In this document: positions 9,396-20,454 of the stretch, piece after piece
How the letters are laid out: each line of letters begins with the position of its first letter
Numbering within the stretch: position 1 is the stretch's first letter
Assembly: GCA_963732385.1 (NCBI GenBank)
Contig: CAVSZB010000007.1
Span: forward strand, 1,216,001 to 1,280,000
Length of the DNA: 64,000 nucleotides
Direction: 5' to 3'
Source: an uncultured bacterium
GTDB taxonomy: Bacteria > Krumholzibacteriota > Krumholzibacteriia > LZORAL124-64-63
The notes under the pieces: generated by a model
What the model was told of the DNA's origin: nothing
What the model saw: only the letters and a program-made list of their open reading frames with translations
Database searches by the model: none
Position numbers and translations under genes: made by a program

Positions 9396-9784
9396 CGGGC
9401 GCCGTCCGCGCGCGGCAGCAGCCCGGTCTTGCCGCCGTCCGGTCCCACCGCCACGTACACCAGCCGCGCCTCCGTCACGCGCACGATTTCGCGCGTGTCG
9501 AGCCGCTCCGCGTCCACCTCGATGTCCACCGTGACGGACGTGGTCCCGCTGCTGACGACGCAGCCGCGGAAGGTGACCAGGTCGCCGACGTTCACCGGAT
9601 GCAGGAACCTGATCCCGTCCGCGTGCACGGTGACGAAGCGGTTGTCGAAGACGTCGCGGGCGCAGTGCGCGCCGGCCTGATCGAGGTAGGACATGATCAC
9701 GCCGCCGAAGATCGTGCCGTACATGTTGGTGTGCATCGGCAGCAGGGAGATCTTCAGGTATTCCTTCATGACGAACTCGTTCAT
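9392..9784 (-). CDS. Acyl-CoA thioesterase (hotdog fold)
   Basis: PMHTNMYGTIFGGVIMSYLDQA, FLHPVNVGD, GTTSVTV. Confidence 0.9.
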   Translation of the reverse strand: MNEFVMKEYLKISLLPMHTNMYGTIFGGVIMSYLDQAGAHCARDVFDNRFVTVHADGIRFLHPVNVGDLVTFRGCVVSSGTTSVTVDIEVDAERLDTREIVRVTEARLVYVAVGPDGGKTGLLPRADGAR

Positions 9785-9802
9785 GACGCTCCCTTCAACC
9801 GG

Positions 9803-10930
9803 TCAGGCGGCCGCGGCCAGCAGGCCGCCGACGATTTCGGCCAGCGCCGGCGCCGCGGTCAGGCCGGGAGATTCGATGCCGATGAGGTTCACCAGTCCGG
9901 CCAGCTCCCCCGTCTCGCTCCGCAATGCGAAGTCGGCGAACCCCTCGCGCGCGCGCGCCAGGCGCGGGCGTACGCCGGCCCAGTCGGGGGTCAGATCGTC
10001 CGGCGCGAGGAACGGCAGGAAACGGCTCGCGCCGGCAAAGAAGGCGTCGCGGCGGACCGGGTCGACCGCGTGGTCCTCGCGCGGGACCGGCAGCGGCTCC
10101 ACGTCCGGCCCCAGCCGCATCCGGCCCGACAGATCGAGACAGAGGTGCACCCCGAGGCTCGACCCGTCAGCCGGCGGCACCGGATAGACGAGGCGCGCCA
10201 CCCGCCCGGCGTGCCGCGCGGCGAGCGCGAAGTAGTTCCCCTTGCTCCAGCACAGGCGCAGGCCGGCCGCGTCCACGTCGAGCCCGGCCAACGCCGCCAC
10301 CGCATCGCTGTGCAGTCCGGCGCAGTTGACCACCCGACGGCTGACGTGGGTCCAGGTCTCGGCGCCGCGTCGCGCCGTCACCTGCCAGACGCCGGCCGCG
10401 GGGGCCAGAGCGGTCACTTCCGCCCCGGTCAGCACCTGCGCGCCGCGCTCGGCGGCCAGACGGCCGTACGCCTTCGCCGCCCCTTCGGCGTCCAACACGG
10501 AGGTGCGCGGCGACCAGAGCGCGGCCACGGCGCGCACATCCGGTTCGAGCCGGGCCAGTTCGGCGCGCCCGACGAGCCGCAGGTCCTCCACGCCGTTCTC
10601 CCGCCCCTGCGCCAGCAGACGCTCCAGCTCCGACTCCTCCCGCGGGTCGACGGCTACGATCAGCTTGCCGCACTCGCGCCAACCGACCCCCGCCGCGGCG
10701 CAGAACTCCCGCAACAGTCTCCGGCCGCGCACGCAGGCGTGCGCCTTGAGCGATCCGGCCGGATAGTACATCCCGCCGTGCGCCACCTCGCTGTTGCGCG
10801 CGGTCACCCCCGCGCCCAGGCGCGCCTCCTTCTCCAGCAGGACGACGGCGCCGCTGCGGCGCGCCGCCTCCGCGGCGACAGCGCAGCCGACAATGCCGCC
10901 GCCGATCACCGTGACGTCGAGCTCAGTCAT
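9803..10930 (-). CDS. FAD-dependent oxidoreductase, L-2-hydroxyglutarate oxidase-like
   Basis: IGGGIVG, TARNSEVAHGGMYY, CGKLIVA, KGNYF, GIESPGLTAA. Confidence 0.85.
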   Translation of the reverse strand: MTELDVTVIGGGIVGCAVAAEAARRSGAVVLLEKEARLGAGVTARNSEVAHGGMYYPAGSLKAHACVRGRRLLREFCAAAGVGWRECGKLIVAVDPREESELERLLAQGRENGVEDLRLVGRAELARLEPDVRAVAALWSPRTSVLDAEGAAKAYGRLAAERGAQVLTGAEVTALAPAAGVWQVTARRGAETWTHVSRRVVNCAGLHSDAVAALAGLDVDAAGLRLCWSKGNYFALAARHAGRVARLVYPVPPADGSSLGVHLCLDLSGRMRLGPDVEPLPVPREDHAVDPVRRDAFFAGASRFLPFLAPDDLTPDWAGVRPRLARAREGFADFALRSETGELAGLVNLIGIESPGLTAAPALAEIVGGLLAAAA

Positions 10931-10945
10931 GGCCGCACGCCGCGC

Positions 10946-11449
10946 TCACTTCGCCTGGTCGGTGTAGGTCTTGAAGTCCATCTTCTCGAAGTCCCGGCTG
11001 CTGATGTAACCGAGGATCTGCAGGAAAGTGGGCGCGTCGACGTAGCCCGGCAGGTTGGTGATGCGGGTGCGGCCGTCCTTCTCCACGAACCAGATCGTGG
11101 GCAGGCCGCGCACGAAATACTCGGTGGCATGCTTCTGGTCCTCGGTGGTGTTCACGGCTACCGCGACGAAATCGCGGTTCACCGCCGCCACGACCGCGGG
11201 GTCGACATAGGTTTCGGCCTTCATCTTCCTGCAGTACCCGCACCAGTCGGCCCAGAAGCTGATCAGCAGCGGGCGACCGGTCTCCCGGGCACGCGCGATC
11301 CCCTCGTCGTAACCGAGCCAGACGATCCCGGTCACCGGCGCGGGCGCCGCCGGGGCGCCAGCGGTGGCCACGTCGCCTGCGCCGGCACGCGGGGCCAGGA
11401 ACGAGAAGCCCAGCAGGAACAGCAGCAGGAATCTCGCGCAACGAGTCAT
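10946..11449 (-). CDS. Exported thioredoxin-family protein
   Basis: Signal peptide; WCGYC active site; cis-Pro GLPT. Confidence 0.85.
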   Translation of the reverse strand: MTRCARFLLLFLLGFSFLAPRAGAGDVATAGAPAAPAPVTGIVWLGYDEGIARARETGRPLLISFWADWCGYCRKMKAETYVDPAVVAAVNRDFVAVAVNTTEDQKHATEYFVRGLPTIWFVEKDGRTRITNLPGYVDAPTFLQILGYISSRDFEKMDFKTYTDQAK

Positions 11450-11473
11450 GGGAAGCCTCCCGGAATGCCGCGT

Positions 11474-12112
11474 CTACTCGTGCGGTCGCGGGGCCGAACC
11501 GCTGATCCGGACCCCGGACGTGTCGGCGCCCGCTTCGATGACGAGCCGGGCGTGCCCCTCGACCGCGACCGTGCCGCGCACCGCGGCGCCGTTGCGAATA
11601 ATCACTATCGTCGAGTCGCCGGGCAAGGGGCTCGGGTTGTCCACGCGCACCCCGCCGGCCAGCAGCGAGCCCGCGCGCGCCTCCAGCCGGCCGCGTACGA
11701 GCGAAACCGGTCCGTCCACCCGAGCGCCGTCGAGGTCGATCAGACCGTTGTTCAACTCGACGGCGCCGGTGACCCGGGCGCCGCGACCGAGCCGGATCAG
11801 GCCGTTGCCCACGTCGAGCGTGGCCGCGCTCACGCTGTCACCCAGTTCGATGTTGCCGTTGATCACCGCCACCGGACCACCGATCCGCGCGCCGGCGGCG
11901 GCCGTCACGTTACCCGCCTTGAGCGTCACCCCGCCGGTGAGCTCCGCGCCGCGCCCCAGCGAAACGTTGCCCACGGCCAGCGCGACATCGCCGCGGCGCG
12001 TGCGGTTCGCCGCCAGGTTGAAATCACCCACCGCGCAGCCGGCGGCCAGCAGGGCCGCCAGGACGAGGATCATCCCGGCCCGCCGTCCCGTTCCACTTCC
12101 TGTCGCCATCAT
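11474..12112 (-). CDS. Hypothetical lipoprotein with beta-helix-like repeats
   Basis: Lipobox LAAGC; about 35-aa repeats of NG(N/L)I...GARVxGxV. Confidence 0.6.
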   Translation of the reverse strand: MMATGSGTGRRAGMILVLAALLAAGCAVGDFNLAANRTRRGDVALAVGNVSLGRGAELTGGVTLKAGNVTAAAGARIGGPVAVINGNIELGDSVSAATLDVGNGLIRLGRGARVTGAVELNNGLIDLDGARVDGPVSLVRGRLEARAGSLLAGGVRVDNPSPLPGDSTIVIIRNGAAVRGTVAVEGHARLVIEAGADTSGVRISGSAPRPHE

Positions 12113-12816
12113 CCGCTCCTCTCAGCCACGGGCTGCAAATCCGGCGGCCACGGCCAGCCCGCGGGCAGCGGCGCCTCGAAAATCAGGGGCGCCCCGCCCA
12201 CGGGGTGGCGCACCGCCAGCCGCCAGGCATGCAGGGCGATGGCCCACCGCGCCGGACCGCGCGCGCCGTACTTGATGTCGCCCAGGACAGGGCAGCCGTC
12301 CAGGGCCAGTTGCACCCGGATCTGGTGGCGGCGCCCCGTGACCGGCTCGACCTCCAACAGCGCCGCGCCGGCGGTCCGCTCACGCACCCGATAGGCCAGC
12401 CGCGCCTCGCGCGCGCCGGGAAAAGGCGTCGCGGCGGCGGGGGTGCGCCCCTGGGGATCGGCCCGGTCGCCCAGCCAGGCGGTCAGCGTCGCCGCGTCTG
12501 CGGCCGGCGCCGGCGCCACCACGGCAAGATACGTCTTGGCCACCGTCCCGTCGCGGAACTGCGCGCTCAGCCGCCCGGCCGCTTTCGAAGTCCGCGCCAG
12601 CAGCAGCACCCCCGAAACCGGGCGGTCGAGCCGGTGCACCAGCCCGATATAGACCCTGCCCGGCTTCTCATAGCGTTCCCGGAGATACGCCGCGGCGAGA
12701 TCCACCACCGAAGGATCCCCGGTGCGATCACCCTGGGCCAGCAGGCCGGCCGGCTTGACGACCGCCAGCAGGTGATTGTCCTCGTAGAGGATGGGCAGCT
12801 GTCCCGCGTCGTTCAC
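12109..12816 (-). CDS. RluA-family RNA pseudouridine synthase
   Basis: KPAGL, VHRLDRPVSG, KTYLA, TGRRHQIRVQL, GDIKYG, LHA. Confidence 0.92.
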   Translation of the reverse strand: MNDAGQLPILYEDNHLLAVVKPAGLLAQGDRTGDPSVVDLAAAYLRERYEKPGRVYIGLVHRLDRPVSGVLLLARTSKAAGRLSAQFRDGTVAKTYLAVVAPAPAADAATLTAWLGDRADPQGRTPAAATPFPGAREARLAYRVRERTAGAALLEVEPVTGRRHQIRVQLALDGCPVLGDIKYGARGPARWAIALHAWRLAVRHPVGGAPLIFEAPLPAGWPWPPDLQPVAERSG

Positions 12817-12955
12817 CGCCTCAAATTAGCAGAGAGCGCCCGGCGCGCAAAGCGCGTTGCCACGAACGCCCTCTGGCTGACAGATGAACGGCGATCCGCT
12901 ATCATGCCGTGGTCTCGCGCCGTCCGCTGGCCGTACCTCCATGCGGGAGTCGAGC

Positions 12956-14063
12956 ATGACCGACCTGAAGCGCCTCTTCCTGCTGGTTTCCCTCCTGGCG
13001 GGATACTTCCTGATCCGGCTGCTCGGCCCCGTGCTGACCCCCTTCGTGCTGGCGGGGATCCTCGCCTACATGTGCGACCCGCTGGTCGACCGGCTGGAAC
13101 GCTGGCGGCTGAAACGCCCGCTCGCCACGGCCGTGGTGATGACACTCGGCTCGCTGCTGCTGCTCGCCGGCCCGCTGATCCTGCTGCCGTTCGTCTACGC
13201 GAAGATCGTGGCATTCAGCGGACACCTGCCGGAATACCTAGCCTGGCTGAACGACGTCGCCTTCCCCTGGGCCCAGCAGAAGCTGCTGCCGCTCGCGGGC
13301 GGGAGCGACTGGCCGGCCCTCCTGCGCGACCGCCTCGCGCAGCACCTCGGCGGCGTGACCGGCTTCCTCCAGACGCTGCTGGGCCGTCTGATGCAAAGCG
13401 GCAAGGTCGTCACGACCTTTCTGGCCAACCTGCTGCTGACCTTCGTGGTCTTCGGTTATCTGCTGCAGGATTGGGACCGGATCCGCGAGCGGGTCCTGGC
13501 GCTTGTGCCCCGGCGCCACGAAGCGCTGGTGTGCAGCATCGGCGACGAGGTCAATCACGCGCTGGGCGCCTTCCTGCGGGGACAGCTGCTGATCATGGCC
13601 TACGTGGCCGTTGCGCTCGCGATCGGCCTGCTGTTCGTCGGCGTCGATCTGGCGGTGCCGATCGGCCTGCTGGCCGGCGCGATCACTTTCATCCCCTGGG
13701 TCGGCTCCGCAGTGGGCGTCACCGTGACGGTGCTCGCGGCGCTGCTCCAGTTCCGCGACCTCCTCCACCCGGCGCTGGCCCTGGGCGTTTTCGCCCTCGT
13801 GCAGCTGATCGGCGACAATATCGTCTCCCCCCGCATCATGGGCGGTCGGATCGGGGTCCACCCCGTGGCGATCGTCTTCGCCATCCTGGCCGGCGGCCGG
13901 CTGTTCGGCCTGTTCGGTCTGGTGCTCGCCGTGCCGGCTGCCGCGGTGCTCAACGTGGTCGGCGACCATGCCGTGCGCCGCTACCGCGAGAGTCGTCTCT
14001 ATCTGGACACCCCTCCCAGCCGGCGCCAGGGCCGCGGCCGACGCCGGGCCCGCGCAAGACCGC

Positions 14064-14071
<8 letters not shown>
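12956..14071 (+). CDS. AI-2E (PerM) family transporter
   Basis: PFVLAGILAY..DPLVD, FLRGQL, FIPWVG, PRIMG..IGVHP, GGRLFGLFG..LAVP; RBS before ATG 12956. Confidence 0.88.
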
Positions 14072-16202
<2,131 letters not shown>

Positions 16203-16220
16203 CGACGCCCCGCGGCACGC

Positions 16221-17132
16221 TCAGGCGACGGAATCCGGGGGGCGGGATGATACGGTTCCCGCTGTTTTTTCCCGCGCCAGCATGAGCGCCGTCAGGACCA
16301 GGGCCAGGCCGACCGCGGTGCGCCCGCGGGCGACCGTCTCGCCGAACACGAGCCACGCCACGAGCACCCCCAGCGGCACCTTCAGGTTGTTGGCCACGGC
16401 GAGCAGGCCGGCCGACACGCGCGATGCGCCCCGGTTCCAGAGATAGAATCCGAGCGCCGTCGGCAGCAGGCCCAGGTAGAGGAGAGCGAACCACGCGCCC
16501 GGCGCGCGCAGGGGCGCCACGCGGTCCGGATCGGCCACCAACAGCGCCAGCAGTCCGGTGCACACCGCCGCCCCGAGATACATCCACGCGGTCAGCGTTG
16601 CCCCGGCGGGACCGGCCGGCGGCGTTCGCCCGGCGCCCGGTCCCTGGCGCGCCAGATCGCGATAGGCGAGCTGCCCTGCGGCGAAGCAGAGGTTCGCTCC
16701 CTGCACGAGCAACGCGCCACGCCAGGCCGGCGCTTCCCCGCCGCCGCGCCAGACCACGACCGCCGCCCCGACCACCGCCAGCGCCGCGGCGACCAGGCGC
16801 CGCCCGCGCACCCGACGCGCACGGGCATCATCCAGGAGGACAACGTACAGCGGAGTCAGAACGGTCAGCACGGCAACGGCAGCCGCCGTCAGATCCCGGA
16901 AGGCCGCGGTGTAGAGAACGTACATCAGGCCGAACTGGATCGCCCCCCAGGCGAAACAACGCCGGCGCAACGCGGGGGCCAGCCGCGCGGGGCGCAGCCA
17001 GGGCAAAAAGACCAGGCAGCTCACCGCCAGACGCAGGAACGCCACGACGAACGGGTCCGCCGCGACGAGCCGCTGCTTGATCAGCCCGAACGAGAAGGCC
17101 CAGAGGATCGAGACCAGTACCAGGTACGTCAC
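16221..17132 (-). CDS. EamA/DMT transporter, YigM/BioP-like
   Basis: ILWAFSFGLI, LVFLPWLR, QFGLMY, TVLTPLYV, GANLCFAAGQ, LGFYLWNRG; about 10 TM segments. Confidence 0.8.
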   Translation of the reverse strand: MTYLVLVSILWAFSFGLIKQRLVAADPFVVAFLRLAVSCLVFLPWLRPARLAPALRRRCFAWGAIQFGLMYVLYTAAFRDLTAAAVAVLTVLTPLYVVLLDDARARRVRGRRLVAAALAVVGAAVVVWRGGGEAPAWRGALLVQGANLCFAAGQLAYRDLARQGPGAGRTPPAGPAGATLTAWMYLGAAVCTGLLALLVADPDRVAPLRAPGAWFALLYLGLLPTALGFYLWNRGASRVSAGLLAVANNLKVPLGVLVAWLVFGETVARGRTAVGLALVLTALMLAREKTAGTVSSRPPDSVA

Positions 17133-17272
17133 GCCGATCTCCAGTTTGCGGGTGTCGCCGCAGCGTAGCCGTGTCGGCCGCGCGAGGCAAATGTCATCGC
17201 GCGGTCAGGCGTCGCACCGAAGACCCGTGCGAGGATAAGTTCTTGCGCACGCGCCGGCGACCTGTGGTATAC

Positions 17273-17386
17273 ATGACGCGGTCGCGCGCTCCGCGCTGGC
17301 GGGGCGTCACGACCCGAAAGGCAGTTGACTTTCTGCCTGGGTGCGCTGGGCCTGCCCCTGCACGCGTGTGGGGGCAGGTTCTTTTT
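17273..17386 (+). ncRNA. Unassigned structured RNA (sRNA or attenuator leader) ending in an intrinsic terminator
   Basis: TG-G-TATACA promoter-like element at 17265-17273; hairpins at 17280-17314 and 17319-17338; 15-bp terminator stem at 17348-17381 plus T5; G-U pairs work only on the + strand. Confidence 0.45.
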
Positions 17387-17496
17387 CACCTCCCGGCCGG
17401 CTGGCGGCCACCCTGCACTTGCAACGAACCGCGCAACGGGCGTAATTTGCCAGGTGTCACGCGCGATGGACGCGCGCGTACCGGAGGAGCGGCGCC

Positions 17497-17679
17497 ATGC
17501 TCTGGATCGTCATCGCGCTCGGACTGCTGGGACTGGCGGGGCTGGCGCTCTTCATCCGGATGGTTGTCCTGCCCCGTCCGACGCGGGTGTCGTTGATCGT
17601 GATGGGGTTCGGGCTCCTCCTGGCCGTCGCCTGCGTCCTGCTCGTGCAGAGCATGGTGGCCCGCGCGCGCACCGGCTAG
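17497..17679 (+). CDS. Small two-TM membrane protein (60 aa)
   Basis: GGAGGAG RBS; two hydrophobic helices; GC3-biased codons. Confidence 0.6.
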   Translation: MLWIVIALGLLGLAGLALFIRMVVLPRPTRVSLIVMGFGLLLAVACVLLVQSMVARARTG

Positions 17680-17717
17680 TCCCCCGCCTGCCCGGCCTTT
17701 GCCCCCCCCATCAACGC

Positions 17718-17751
17718 AGAGGCCGCCCCTCCCCGCGGATGGGCGGCCTCT
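17718..17751. terminator. Hairpin between convergent genes
   Basis: AGAGGCCGCCC/GGGCGGCCTCT 11-bp inverted repeat. Confidence 0.55.
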
Positions 17752-17784
17752 CGTTCAGGCGGACGGGAACGCTGCGGCTCCCGC

Positions 17785-18783
17785 TCAGATCTTGTCCATC
17801 ATCTCAAGCAGGTCGACCACCCGGCTGGAGTAACCCCACTCGTTGTCGTACCACGACAGCGTCTTGAGCATGGTGCCGTCGATGACCTGCGTGTACTCCG
17901 CATCGAAGATACACGAGTGCGGATCGCCCACGATGTCGCTCGACACCAGGGGATCCTCGCTGTAGCGCAGGACATTGCGCAGGCGCGGGGTGGCGGCCGC
18001 GGCCCGCACCGCCTCGTTCACCTGCTGCACCGTGACCTGCCTCTTCATGATCGTCACCAGATCGACCACCGAGCCGTCGGGAATCGGCACGCGGATGGCC
18101 ATGCCGTCGAGCTTTCCCTTCAACTGCGGCAGCACCTTGCCCACGGCGCGCGCGGCGCCGGTGGTCGTGGGGATCGTGTTCTCCGCCGCCGCGCGGCTGC
18201 GCCGCCAGTCGGAGTGCGGCACGTCCGCGAGGCGCTGGTCATTCGTGTAGGCATGCACCGTGGTCATCATGCCGTGCTCGATGCCGAACTCCTTGTCCAG
18301 GACGTAGGCGAGCGGCGCCAGGCAGTTCGTGGTGCACGAGGCGTTGGAGACGATCTTGTGCTCCGGCCTGAGCGCCTCGTTGTTGACCCCGACGACGATC
18401 GTGGCGTCGATCTCGTCCTTCGCCGGCACCGTCAGCAGGACCTTCCGGGCGCCCGCCGCGATGTGGACCGCGATCTGGTCCTTCTTGCGGAAGCGGCCGG
18501 TCGCTTCGACGACGAAATCCACGCCCAGCTCCTTCCACGGCAGCTGCGCCACCTCGGGAATGGCCGTCATCTTCACGGTCTGATGCCGCGTCTTCATGAT
18601 GTCGCCCGTCACCTCGGCGATGCCCTTGAACTGTCCCATGACCGTGTCGTGCCGGAGCAGATAGGCCAGCGCCAGCGGGTCGGCGATGTCGTTGACGGCC
18701 ACGACCTCCACACCGGGACGATCGTTGAGCAGCCGGAACACCGCGCGGCCAATGCGGCCGAAGCCGTTGATTGCGATCTTCAT
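17785..18783 (-). CDS. gap: Type I glyceraldehyde-3-phosphate dehydrogenase
   Basis: MKIAINGFGRIGR, SNASCTTNCLAP, TTVHAYT, TTGAARAV, WYDNEWGYS; true start is ATG 18783. Confidence 0.96.
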   Translation of the reverse strand: MKIAINGFGRIGRAVFRLLNDRPGVEVVAVNDIADPLALAYLLRHDTVMGQFKGIAEVTGDIMKTRHQTVKMTAIPEVAQLPWKELGVDFVVEATGRFRKKDQIAVHIAAGARKVLLTVPAKDEIDATIVVGVNNEALRPEHKIVSNASCTTNCLAPLAYVLDKEFGIEHGMMTTVHAYTNDQRLADVPHSDWRRSRAAAENTIPTTTGAARAVGKVLPQLKGKLDGMAIRVPIPDGSVVDLVTIMKRQVTVQQVNEAVRAAAATPRLRNVLRYSEDPLVSSDIVGDPHSCIFDAEYTQVIDGTMLKTLSWYDNEWGYSSRVVDLLEMMDKI

Positions 18784-19805
18784 CGCGCCACCTCCTGGGC
18801 CTCGATGTGCTTCGCCATCAGCCGGGCCAGTTCGAGCAGCCGATATGCGTAACCCCAGCCGTTGTCGTACCAGATGATGCACTTGATCATGCCGTTGCCC
18901 AGCGACATGGTCGCCTGCGCGTCGAACACCCCGGAGGCGGAATTGCCGATCACGTCGCTCGACACGATCGGTTCCTCCGTGTAGCCGATCAGCCCCTTGA
19001 ACCGCCCTTCCGACGCCTCGCGCACGATCGTGTTGACCTCGGGCGCCGTGAGCGGCTTGGCCAGTTCCAGATTCAGATCGATCACCGAACCGGCCTGCAC
19101 CGGCACGTTGAGCGCCATTCCCGACAGCCGGCCCTTCAGTTCGGGCAGCAGGGCCTGCACCGCGTGCGGCGCCCAGGACTTGTTGGGGATGATGTTCTGC
19201 GCCGCCGAACGGCTCCAGCGCAGGCCCGGCTTGGCCGTGTCGCTGAGCTGCTGGTCGCTGGTGTAGGCATGCACGGTCGTCATGAAGGCGCGCCGCACCC
19301 CCACCCCTTCGTGCAGGATCTTCAGCAGCAGCGCGAGCGCGTGCACGGAACTGCTGCCGGCGGAAACGATGTGATCGGTCGGCTTCAGCTCCTCGAGATT
19401 CACGCCGTTGATGACCACCCGGTCGATGTCGTCCTGCGGAGGCGTGGAGAGGATGACCCGGCGCGCGCCGGCCTCGATGTGCTTCTCGAGCTCCGCGCGA
19501 CGACGGAACCGGCCGGTCGACTCGATCACGATGTCCGCGCCGAGCACGTCCCACGGCACCTCGCCCGGCTGCGAGCCGCGCAACACCCGCGCGCGCTGCC
19601 GGCCCGCGACGATGTAGCGTCCCTCGCGCCGCACGTCGGCCGCGAATAGCCCCTCCACAGTGCTGAACTTCAGCAGATAGGCCAGCGAGTCGATGTCGGC
19701 GACGTCGCTCACCGCCCGGAACTCGATGTCGGGCTGATCGTAGGCGATACGGAACATGTTCCGCCCCAGCCTGCCGAAGCCCATGATTCCAATCCTGACC
19801 GCCAT
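18780..19805 (-). CDS. GAPDH-like paralog lacking the catalytic cysteine
   Basis: GFGRLGR, ESTGRF, TTVHAYT, EPIVSSD and WYDNGWGY are present, but SAGSSSVH replaces SNASCTTN. Confidence 0.88.
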   Translation of the reverse strand: MAVRIGIMGFGRLGRNMFRIAYDQPDIEFRAVSDVADIDSLAYLLKFSTVEGLFAADVRREGRYIVAGRQRARVLRGSQPGEVPWDVLGADIVIESTGRFRRRAELEKHIEAGARRVILSTPPQDDIDRVVINGVNLEELKPTDHIVSAGSSSVHALALLLKILHEGVGVRRAFMTTVHAYTSDQQLSDTAKPGLRWSRSAAQNIIPNKSWAPHAVQALLPELKGRLSGMALNVPVQAGSVIDLNLELAKPLTAPEVNTIVREASEGRFKGLIGYTEEPIVSSDVIGNSASGVFDAQATMSLGNGMIKCIIWYDNGWGYAYRLLELARLMAKHIEAQEVAR

Positions 19806-19997
19806 CTTGACCTTCCTTTGCTCGCAGGGGGAAACGAGCCGAGCGCCGCAACCTTACGCGCCCTGCCGCCCCCCGCCAATCAGTTCTTGCGCCCCGCCGC
19901 GGACTGGCGGACAGCCCCTCCGCGGTCCATATTGTCCGCCCGCACGGCGGTCACCATCCGCGCCGGATACGCCGCGCCGACCCCCAGGAGACGCTTC

Positions 19998-20330
19998 ATG
20001 CCGACCTACGAATACGAATGCCTCAAATGCAGCCATACCTTCGAGGAATTCAAGGAGATCACCGCCCCCCCCCGCGCCCGCTGTCCCCGCTGCCGGGGTA
20101 AAGTCCGGCGCCTCATCAGCGGCGGCGCCGGCTTCGTTTTCAAGGGTTCCGGCTGGTACGCCACCGACGCACGCAGCAAGAGGCCCAGACCGGCGTCCAA
20201 GCAAGAAGAGGGCCCGGCCACGACCCCGGCCGTCGACACCACGCCGCCCCCCGCCGCCGAACCGTCCAAGCCCCCCCCGACGGAGACCGCGCCACCGAAG
20301 GCAGGCAAGGAACCCCGCCGGAAATCCTGA
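19998..20330 (+). CDS. FmdB-family zinc-ribbon protein
   Basis: MPTYEYECLKC...CPRC...FKGSGWYATD, low-complexity tail; AGGAG RBS. Confidence 0.9.
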   Translation: MPTYEYECLKCSHTFEEFKEITAPPRARCPRCRGKVRRLISGGAGFVFKGSGWYATDARSKRPRPASKQEEGPATTPAVDTTPPPAAEPSKPPPTETAPPKAGKEPRRKS

Positions 20331-20454
20331 TCCCCCACCGATTCCCGTGCCGCGCACGGACCACGCTCATCAGGCCGGGGCCGCGCGGGTGTTGCCGCCC
20401 CGCCCGGCTCGTGATAGCGTCCGCCGCCCACGCCCCCCAGATCAGGAGTTCACC

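Noticed and set aside
17280..17345. ZTP (pfl) riboswitch resemblance (GGTCG...CGACC, GCCTGGG)
   Set aside because: Lacks the conserved GACUGGCG segment and is not upstream of purine/folate genes; left unassigned
18780..19805. Calling the gap paralog erythrose-4-phosphate dehydrogenase (epd)
   Set aside because: Epd keeps the catalytic Cys; this protein does not
17785..19851. 688-aa ORF suggesting an N-terminally extended GAPDH
   Set aside because: The upstream half is an off-frame reading of the paralog; gap starts at 18783 with its own RBS
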